From Candidatus Woesearchaeota archaeon (GTDB lineage: Archaea > Nanobdellota > Nanobdellia > Woesearchaeales > UBA10216), in assembly GCA_016192905.1 (NCBI GenBank), contig JACPTG010000004.1, positions 5,745 through 69,744 of the forward strand: 64,000 bases of DNA, in the 5' to 3' direction. Under the pieces are notes generated by a model. It saw only the letters and a list, made by a program, of their open reading frames with translations, did no database searches and was not told the origin of the DNA. The position numbers were made by a program, and so were the translations under genes. How positions within the stretch are numbered: position 1 is the first letter of the stretch; the number at the start of each line of letters is the position of its first letter. Shown in pieces: positions 52,282-58,861 of the stretch.

Positions 52282-53445
52282 TTACTCAAGCTGAATCCTC
52301 AGCTCAATGACATTAAGCGTTGTCTCAGGGGCTATCCTAATGAAGTTGTTCCCCCGCACTATATACTGGTCTATGTTCCTTGTGAAGTTAGCAGTCCTCC
52401 TCGTGTCCATAGACAGCTTCCTGTTGTTGATGGTAAGCTCTGCCCTCTTCTCCTCACCATCATCAACAAAGCCCATCCTTAGGAAAGTATCAAAAGTGTT
52501 GTTGTTAATCCACGCATACTGGGTATCGTTAACCTCAAAAAAGTATATCGGGTCAATCGGCTGCCTCAGCTTTGTCTTAACCTGCACCTGATCCATCAGG
52601 TAGCTTCCCGAGTCAGCTGAAAACCTGACAGTGTTAACTCCCCTGCTCAGCAGCCCAGCGTCAATAGGAAGCTTAACAGGGCTGCCACAATCCGGAACCC
52701 CGGAATGCACAAGCCCGTCATTCACAAAGACCCTCAGACTCCCTGCCTCAGTAACCCTGCAATACACGAAATACAGAAGATTTGCGCTTTCCAGCCCATT
52801 AATCTCCTCTGTGCCAATAATGAACGTCTGCTTGGCCTCCAAGCCCTCTGTCTGGCTTACCGTAGCAGTTATCTTAGCATCGGTCATCTCATAGAAGTTC
52901 CTCTGCCAGAAGGCAAATCCTGTCTCAGGCGCTGAAAATTCCAGCACATTGTCATCCTGAAGATTGTCCAGGCCAATCAGCTGCGCTCCTGATGCCTCGC
53001 CGTTAAAAATCTCCTGGTCGTTAAGCGAGACAATCAGCCTGCCGCTATGATCCTTTACCTGGAAGCTTAGCTGGGCATTCCCGGTCTTCCCGGGCTCTGC
53101 TGAGAATGCCACAGTCCTTTTCTTTGTGCTTCCGCTCTTGGACTCGACAAACACAGAGCCTATGGACTTCATCACGCGGTCTTCAGACTTCGCATAAAGG
53201 TTAAAAGCGTTAAGGTTATGTTCAAACTGGTCCTGCTTTGCCCTGAAGACTGTCCCGGGCTTCTCCAGCAGAAGAATCCTTGAAGGCTCTGAAATCCCCT
53301 TTACCTCGCCTGTGGTAGTGTTAGTGCCCAGCAGCTCCTCCCTTGCCTCAGGAGGCAGGAAAAGTATGTAAAGGAGCATAAGGCCAAGTATCGCCGCTAT
53401 AAGCGAAGCTGCCCCGCCTGCGCTCTGACCCTTTTTCGCGTGCAT
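52282..53445 (-). CDS. Pilin-like (class III signal peptide-like) secreted protein with repeated jelly-roll-like modules
   Basis: The N-terminus is MHAKKGQSAGGAASLIAAILGLMLLYILFL. Three similar segments follow (GRLIVSLNDQEIF..., GSLRVFVNDGLVH..., AELTINNRKLS...). Confidence 0.75.
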   Translation of the reverse strand: MHAKKGQSAGGAASLIAAILGLMLLYILFLPPEAREELLGTNTTTGEVKGISEPSRILLLEKPGTVFRAKQDQFEHNLNAFNLYAKSEDRVMKSIGSVFVESKSGSTKKRTVAFSAEPGKTGNAQLSFQVKDHSGRLIVSLNDQEIFNGEASGAQLIGLDNLQDDNVLEFSAPETGFAFWQRNFYEMTDAKITATVSQTEGLEAKQTFIIGTEEINGLESANLLYFVYCRVTEAGSLRVFVNDGLVHSGVPDCGSPVKLPIDAGLLSRGVNTVRFSADSGSYLMDQVQVKTKLRQPIDPIYFFEVNDTQYAWINNNTFDTFLRMGFVDDGEEKRAELTINNRKLSMDTRRTANFTRNIDQYIVRGNNFIRIAPETTLNVIELRIQLE

Positions 53446-53468
53446 TAAGAAGCCTAGAATCGCACAAC

Positions 53469-53480
53469 TTTATATATAAA
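53469..53480 (+). promoter_or_regulatory. TATA box upstream of pelota (divergent spacer)
   Basis: tttatatataaa is centred about 25 nt upstream of the ATG at 53499. Confidence 0.5.
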
Positions 53481-53498
53481 TCTTTCTTAGTGTTCCAA

Positions 53499-54548
53499 AT
53501 GCGCATCCTAAAGTCTTTCCTGAAGCATGGCGAAATCACTGTTGAGGTAACCTCACTTGATGACCTGTGGGCCCTGAGCCAGGTTATAGAGCCCGGCGAC
53601 CATGTCAAGGGAAGAACCCTGAGAAGGATAAAGGTAGGAGACCGCGACTCCACTGAAACCGTGAGGAAGCCTGTATGGATAAAGCTCACGGTTGAAAACG
53701 TGGAGTTCCACAAGTATTCAAACGTGCTGAGGGTTGGCGGAATGATAACAGAAGCGCCTGAAGACGTTCCCAAGGCGCACCACACATTCAGCTTTGAAGA
53801 GGGCACTGTAGCCATGATAACCAAGGAAAAATGGCTGAATTACCAGCTTTCCAGAATCAGGGAAGCGTCTCAAGAAAGGAATGAAAGGATTGTAGTGTGC
53901 GCATTTGACAGGGAGGAAGCGGTTTTCGCGCTCCTGCTCTCCCAGGGGTATAAGGTGCTGGCTGAAATCAGGGGCCAGGTTGAAAAAAAAGGGCAGAAGT
54001 CAGAGTCGAGGAACTTCTACAAGGAGATAATCAAACTCCTGGCAGAATATTCCGAAAGGTTCAATGCCCAGCACCTGATAGTTGCGTCGCCATCATTCTG
54101 GAAGGATGAGCTCCTCAAGGAGCTTGGAAGAAACGAATTAAAAACAAAAATAGTCACAGCCACATGCAGCAGCGTGACAAAAGGCATTGATGAAGTGCTG
54201 AAAAGCAGCGAGCTCAAGGGCGTGCTAAGGCAGGAACGCACTGCAAAGGAATCAAGGCTTGTTGAAGAGCTGTTCCTCGAGATTTCAAGACAGGGCAACG
54301 CCAGCTACGGGCTTGCCGAGACAGAAAACGCATCGCAGGCAGGGGCAGTCAGGATACTGATGGTAACGGACGGCCTTATCCAGAAGACAAGGCAGGATGG
54401 GAGCTTTGGAAGGATAGAAAAGATTATGCGCAGCGCCGACACAGCCGCAGGGGAAGTGGCAATCCTCAACAGCGACAACGACCCTGGAAAAAAGCTGGAC
54501 GGCCTCGGAGGGATTGCTGCGCTGCTGAGGTATAAGACGGGGTATTAG
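53499..54548 (+). CDS. pelA: Pelota (mRNA surveillance / ribosome rescue factor)
   Basis: MRILKSFLKHGEITVEVTSLDDLWALSQVIEPGDHVKGRTLRRIK... shows the eRF1-like domain order. The first ATG is at 53499 (the track start at 53490 is GTG). Confidence 0.9.
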   Translation: MRILKSFLKHGEITVEVTSLDDLWALSQVIEPGDHVKGRTLRRIKVGDRDSTETVRKPVWIKLTVENVEFHKYSNVLRVGGMITEAPEDVPKAHHTFSFEEGTVAMITKEKWLNYQLSRIREASQERNERIVVCAFDREEAVFALLLSQGYKVLAEIRGQVEKKGQKSESRNFYKEIIKLLAEYSERFNAQHLIVASPSFWKDELLKELGRNELKTKIVTATCSSVTKGIDEVLKSSELKGVLRQERTAKESRLVEELFLEISRQGNASYGLAETENASQAGAVRILMVTDGLIQKTRQDGSFGRIEKIMRSADTAAGEVAILNSDNDPGKKLDGLGGIAALLRYKTGY

Positions 54549-54558
54549 TTTTCAACGA

Positions 54559-55122
54559 TTAATTTTTTAATGCTTTAGGGTCATCTGAAAACATTATTTT
54601 ACTAATGAGTTTAGCCACATTTTCATGAGATTTATTCACGGCTTCTACAACGGTCTTGCCTTTAATTAATTCTTCTGCTATTATGTTAGAAGTTTCTATC
54701 ACTGGTTTTGCGAGAGGGTCTTGCAAAGGTCGGGACTCCATTTCATTTAAATGCGCAATCCAAAACTCATTCTTATAGCCAATGAACGCCTTACAACCAT
54801 ATTTAACAGCCTCTTTACCTAGTTCTTTAAGGCAATCGCAAGCTCTAGCAAAGGTGACTGAATTGGAAAAGCAATCCTTATCATTAAGTCCCAAAAGTTC
54901 TTCGTCCTCATTTTTCATCATACTTGATGAGGTTCCGTGACCGTTAAAAAAAATGAAGGACGGCCCGTGTTTTTTAATTCTATTCTTAACATTCTCCTTA
55001 TTAAGCTCTTTACATTCAAGAACAACTACATCAAATTTCTTCTTAGCTTGTTCAATTACAGACTGCGTATATTTTTTGAGGTATCGGCTGCCTATATCAT
55101 GATCGGTGAGAATCGTTATCAT
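54559..55122 (-). CDS. Minimal caspase-fold-like (clan CD-like His/Cys dyad) protein, hypothetical
   Basis: 187 aa. A hydrophobic strand plus His-Gly (SFIFFNGHG, His62) and a hydrophobic strand plus Ala-Cys (SVTFARAC, Cys95) lie 33 residues apart. The gene sits in the AT-rich island. Confidence 0.55.
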   Translation of the reverse strand: MITILTDHDIGSRYLKKYTQSVIEQAKKKFDVVVLECKELNKENVKNRIKKHGPSFIFFNGHGTSSSMMKNEDEELLGLNDKDCFSNSVTFARACDCLKELGKEAVKYGCKAFIGYKNEFWIAHLNEMESRPLQDPLAKPVIETSNIIAEELIKGKTVVEAVNKSHENVAKLISKIMFSDDPKALKN

Positions 55123-55330
55123 AGTTGCTCAGTGTAACCATTTTCCTTATAAAATTCAATTGAAATTCTATTGCTGCTTTTCCAATTGATGTCTCATTAT
55201 CAACTTCATCTATTAGCTGATCTCTTGTAAAATCGCCAAATTTTCCTATTGAAAAGCTTACGTTTGGCGGGATTGCGGCTAAACGCTTTTTTACAAGTAT
55301 TTTTATTTCTTCGGTATAATCTTTTTCCAT
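55097..55330 (-). CDS. Small hypothetical protein (island gene 3)
   Basis: The ATG at 55330 (MEKDYTEEIK...) lies 1 nt after the stop of the upstream gene. The 3' end overlaps the start of the 187-aa gene by 26 nt. Confidence 0.55.
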   Translation of the reverse strand: MEKDYTEEIKILVKKRLAAIPPNVSFSIGKFGDFTRDQLIDEVDNETSIGKAAIEFQLNFIRKMVTLSNYDNDSHRS

Positions 55331-55331
55331 A

Positions 55332-55526
55332 TTAAAGCACACCTATATGTTTCAGCTGATCGAGTATTTTTGGGGCCCTTTTTGTGTTATTTTCTATTTC
55401 CCCTCTACAAGCCGCCCATGATAAAGACTCATCATCTATCACTGCCACAATCTCTACCCTTAAAGGTATAGGTATGTTAGCGTAAATTTTTAAAAATTTC
55501 GATTTAGACATTTCATATTCATTCAT
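55332..55526 (-). CDS. Small hypothetical protein (island gene 2)
   Basis: 64 aa. Its ATG at 55526 forms an ATGA overlap with the stop of the unlisted micro-ORF upstream. Confidence 0.55.
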   Translation of the reverse strand: MNEYEMSKSKFLKIYANIPIPLRVEIVAVIDDESLSWAACRGEIENNTKRAPKILDQLKHIGVL

Positions 55527-55642
55527 TCTAACAGCACCGCCCTAACTTTTTTGCCAACCCAATGCTTAGGCACGTAAACCCTACCACTATTCCCGCTAAC
55601 CTGAACTACTTTTTCAACCACTTCATAGCCTTCCATTCGCAT
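55523..55642 (-). CDS. AbrB/SpoVT-like micro-protein resembling DUF2080 (not in ORF track, 39 aa)
   Basis: Hand translation from the ATG at 55642 gives MRMEGYEVVEKVVQVSGNSGRVYVPKHWVGKKVRAVLLE, then TGA at 55525-55523. An in-frame GTG at 55660 is an alternative start. The G-N-S-x-x-V-x-V-P-K-x-W-x-G-K-K-V string matches my memory of archaeal DUF2080 proteins. Confidence 0.6.
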   Translation of the reverse strand: MRMEGYEVVEKVVQVSGNSGRVYVPKHWVGKKVRAVLLE

Positions 55643-55684
55643 CTCGACAGGCTTAACCACAATTTAGCTATATTGTAGCCACCT

Positions 55685-55718
55685 ATATTAATGGATTTCT
55701 GATATTAATGGATTTCTG
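55685..55718. promoter_or_regulatory. Perfect 17-nt tandem direct repeat (x2) upstream of the island operon, candidate operator
   Basis: atattaatggatttctg at 55685-55701 is repeated exactly at 55702-55718, just upstream (minus-strand sense) of TATA-like tatattg/tatatta elements at 55663-55690. Confidence 0.5.
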
Positions 55719-55736
55719 TATTGCAAAATACGCTTC

Positions 55737-56381
55737 CTAAATTAGTTCTTCAGGAATGCCTTTCTGCATTATCTCAACCCTTGAGTGCGCCACTGACTTC
55801 TCAAACTTCTCAGCGTCATCAGCACTCCCTACTATGCTGCCGTAATGCATCGGTACAGCAATTTTCGGCCTTATGATGGCGGCTGCATGGGCTGCCTCAC
55901 GCGCATCCATCGTGTATGTCCCGCCCACAGGAAGAAATGCGACATCAGCCTTAATGCCCGCCATCTCATTGATGAAATCGGTATCCCCTGCATGGTAGAA
56001 CCTTTTCCCATCAAGCTCAATCACATAGCCAACCCAATCATCATGCCTGTTGTGGAATTTTTTCCCTATGTTATAGGCCGGCACTGCCGAGATAACTGCG
56101 CCATAAATGCTTACCTTCCCGCCCGGCTGGATGTTCCTGAACTCAGCGTAATGGAACCTGCCTGCCGCTATCTTGCTCTGGCAGCCAATGGGGGCAATGA
56201 TTACAGTCTCCGGGCCTGCAATTTTCTTCAGGTCAGCAGGGCTGCAGTGGTCATAATGCGGGTGGGTAATCAGAACCAAGTCTGCCTTTTCCCCCTCCTG
56301 CATCTGGAAAGGGTCAATGCAAACAGTCCTTGACCCTGCTATCCTAAACCCAGCGTGGCCCAGCCATTCGATATTCATCAT
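55737..56381 (-). CDS. Metallo-beta-lactamase-fold hydrolase (UPF0173-like)
   Basis: LVLITHPHYDHCSP carries the HxHxDH motif. Length is 214 aa. Confidence 0.85.
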   Translation of the reverse strand: MMNIEWLGHAGFRIAGSRTVCIDPFQMQEGEKADLVLITHPHYDHCSPADLKKIAGPETVIIAPIGCQSKIAAGRFHYAEFRNIQPGGKVSIYGAVISAVPAYNIGKKFHNRHDDWVGYVIELDGKRFYHAGDTDFINEMAGIKADVAFLPVGGTYTMDAREAAHAAAIIRPKIAVPMHYGSIVGSADDAEKFEKSVAHSRVEIMQKGIPEELI

Positions 56382-56399
56382 TTACACCCTGTCCATACT

Positions 56400-57728
56400 T
56401 CACACCGCTGCCATTGCGCTTATCAGAATGTCTTCCCTGAATGCAGGCGCGATTACCTGAAGTCCTACAGGGATATTGTCTATCTTACCTATTGGAACTG
56501 TTCCTGCGCAGACACCCGCAAGGTTTGCCGGAACTGTGAGCGCATCATAACCGTACATACTCAGGGGGTCTATCCTTTCGCCAATCCTGTGGGGCAGCCT
56601 TGGAGTGGTGGGCATCATTATCACATCAGCGTCCTTAAACGCCTCTTCAAAATCCTTAGTTATAAGAGCCTTAGCCTTAAGCGCCTTCCTGTAATAAGCG
56701 CCATGATGCTCTGCCCTGGAAATTTCCAGCCCTCCAAGTATCCTCCTCAGCACCTCCTCCCCGCAGCTCTCCTCAATCTTCCTCCCATACTTCCTTCCGT
56801 CAAATTTTCTTGTGGCTGAGAAAAACTCGACATACTGAATCGGGTAATATGCCTGCACAGCCAGGTCTGCGTGCTTCAGCCTGACATTGACCAACGATGA
56901 ACCGGTCTTTTCCGCGACACCTGCAATTGCCTTCAGGCACATCTCATAAATCCTTTTATCCGTGCATAGATGCCTTATCTCATCACTAACGCCAATCCTC
57001 AGAGATTTTGGCTTTGCATTGAAGCCAGCCTTGGCCTGCATTGTTACAGGGTCATGCCTGCTTTTGCCTGAGATTACCTCAAGAAGAGCAGAGCAGGACT
57101 CAATGTCCTTCCCCAACGGGCCTATCTGGTCAAAGCTCATCGCGCTGTCCACAAGCCCGAATCTTGACACCCTGCCGTAGCTGGGCTTTATCCCGACAAT
57201 GCCGCAGTGCGAAGCAGGGTTCCGTATAGAACCCCCTGTATCCGAGCCAAGCGCAACATCACAAAGCCCTGCGGCAACAGCAGCAGCGCTTCCTGAACTT
57301 GTGCCGCCAGGAATCCTGCCAGGCGCACTGGGATTTTGCGTGGGGCCGAATGCAGATGTCTCGCCTGAGCTTCCGCACGCAAACTCATCCATGTTTGTAA
57401 TGCCCAGGATTATCCCGTCCTCCTGCCTTATCTTCTGTATAACGTCAGCGTCAAAGGTCCCCTGATAGTCCTCAAGAGTCCTTGACGCGCAGCTTATATT
57501 CATGCCCTCCACGCTGATGTTTGCCTTAACAGCTATCGCAAGGCCAGCCAGCCTTCCTGCCCTGCCCTTCCCCAGCTTCCTGTCAACAGCCTCAGCCTCA
57601 CTTAGGGCGCTGCTGTTCAACCGCAAGAATGCATTAAGGTCCTTTTTCCGCCTGGCCTCGTCCAGGAATTTCTGCACGTTTTCTTCTGCTGATACCTCGC
57701 CCTTCATCAGCATTGAGAGCTTCTGCAT
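56400..57728 (-). CDS. gatA: Glutamyl/aspartyl-tRNA amidotransferase subunit A (amidase signature)
   Basis: GGTSSGSAAAVAAGLCDVALGSDTGGSIRNPASHCGIVGIKPSYGRVSR is the amidase signature. The gene follows gatC after 1 nt. Confidence 0.9.
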   Translation of the reverse strand: MQKLSMLMKGEVSAEENVQKFLDEARRKKDLNAFLRLNSSALSEAEAVDRKLGKGRAGRLAGLAIAVKANISVEGMNISCASRTLEDYQGTFDADVIQKIRQEDGIILGITNMDEFACGSSGETSAFGPTQNPSAPGRIPGGTSSGSAAAVAAGLCDVALGSDTGGSIRNPASHCGIVGIKPSYGRVSRFGLVDSAMSFDQIGPLGKDIESCSALLEVISGKSRHDPVTMQAKAGFNAKPKSLRIGVSDEIRHLCTDKRIYEMCLKAIAGVAEKTGSSLVNVRLKHADLAVQAYYPIQYVEFFSATRKFDGRKYGRKIEESCGEEVLRRILGGLEISRAEHHGAYYRKALKAKALITKDFEEAFKDADVIMMPTTPRLPHRIGERIDPLSMYGYDALTVPANLAGVCAGTVPIGKIDNIPVGLQVIAPAFREDILISAMAAV

Positions 57729-57729
57729 T

Positions 57730-57954
57730 TCACCAGCCCTTTTTTTCAGCTATGATATAAGATGAGTTCTTTTTTGGGGCATTCCTGAACATCCGCTCCC
57801 TGAAACCAGGCCAAGCCTCCGGCTTTTCCCCGCTTGTCTGCTCAGCCCTCTCGGTCCCATATTCCTCCTGCTCCACTTCAACCTTTTCCAGGGCAAGCAT
57901 GAACTGGTCCATTATCTGCTTGGCCTCTGCCCTTATCTTTTCATGGTCGGTCAT
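57730..57954 (-). CDS. gatC: Amidotransferase subunit C-like small protein
   Basis: 74 aa, acidic, immediately upstream of gatA. The assignment rests on position and size rather than on a strong motif. Confidence 0.6.
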   Translation of the reverse strand: MTDHEKIRAEAKQIMDQFMLALEKVEVEQEEYGTERAEQTSGEKPEAWPGFRERMFRNAPKKNSSYIIAEKKGW

Positions 57955-58511
57955 TTTCTACCTGAAAGCTCAAAGGCAAGGTCCTCCAGCTTCTGAAGGT
58001 CATATTTAATCCCGTCAAACTTCCTTCTCAGGTCGCCATTCCTGAAGTCGAAGTTCAACAGCTCGCCATACAACTCATTGAGGAAATCCTTAATGAACAT
58101 CGCCTTATCGGCATCACCCTTCACCGCGCTGTTAATCGCCAGCCGCACAAGCTCGCCTGACAAGTCGCATATGCCGAGCAGGTAATGCTCTGCCTCAACG
58201 GCGAGCTGGACTTTTGTAGGCAGCCTTTTTGACTCGGCAAATGAAAACAGGCAGGCGGCCTCAACATATTCCTGCATCGCGGTCCGGAAGTGGCCCTCTG
58301 AAGCGTCGCCCTTTTCCTTCAGCAGCCTGACTTTAGACCTAATTTCACTGATGCCGCTCCTGGCAGCCGCCAAGTCATCCCTGTGGACGCTGTAAATTAT
58401 CCTCTTCGAAAGCCTGATAATCTCCCTTGACAGGGCAATTGTCTGCTCCCTGACCTCATCAGCCCTCTGCAGCTCCTTTGCCATATTTGAGAAATCCTTC
58501 CGGTCAATCAT
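57951..58511 (-). CDS. Translin-family protein
   Basis: EHYLLGICDLSGELVRLAINSAVKGDADKAMFIKDFLNELYGELLNFDFRNGDLRRKFDGIKYDLQKLEDLAFEL parallels human translin EDYLSGVLILASELSRLSVNSVTAGDY...INELDSGFRLLNLKNDSLRKRYDGLKYDVKKVEEVVYDL. Confidence 0.8.
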   Translation of the reverse strand: MIDRKDFSNMAKELQRADEVREQTIALSREIIRLSKRIIYSVHRDDLAAARSGISEIRSKVRLLKEKGDASEGHFRTAMQEYVEAACLFSFAESKRLPTKVQLAVEAEHYLLGICDLSGELVRLAINSAVKGDADKAMFIKDFLNELYGELLNFDFRNGDLRRKFDGIKYDLQKLEDLAFELSGRK

Positions 58512-58642
58512 AACGCAGAGAACCTCAACGCTGTTTATAAATATTTTTAATGAAGCCTATGCGCAGTTAAACTGTTTTCCTTGCAGGCCCACATTTAAAT
58601 TAGAAGCGATACAACTGATAAACTACCATTAGCTTACACAAA

Positions 58643-58722
58643 TAGCAGGCTGTGGCTACCTTGGATTTAACAGCCCCTTTCGGGAGACTCGTGGCGTGTA
58701 CGGCCAGGCTTCGTGAACCGCC
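58643..58722 (+). repeat. MITE-like intergenic repeat, copy F (L-arm type)
   Basis: Sequence is tagcaggctgtggctaccttggatttaacagcccctttcgggagactcgtggcgtgtacggccaggcttcgtgaaccgcc. It aligns with copy A and with the reverse complement of copy E. Confidence 0.8.
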
Positions 58723-58861
58723 CCCTGTTTACTTCCTCTTGCTTGATGAACTCTTTCAATTGTACAGCTTACATTGTACCGTACACCAAAAAAAGGGCCT
58801 TTCAATAACTCGCATCCGCATCGGGATAAATTTTTATAGCTCAAATTTCAGAATTTGCCGC

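Noticed and set aside
58652-58861. 70-codon N-terminal extension (GTG start) of the HerA-like ATPase
   Set aside because: It begins inside intergenic repeat copy F, has no protein-like features, and contains a TATA-like ataaatttttata about 25 nt upstream of the ATG at 58862.
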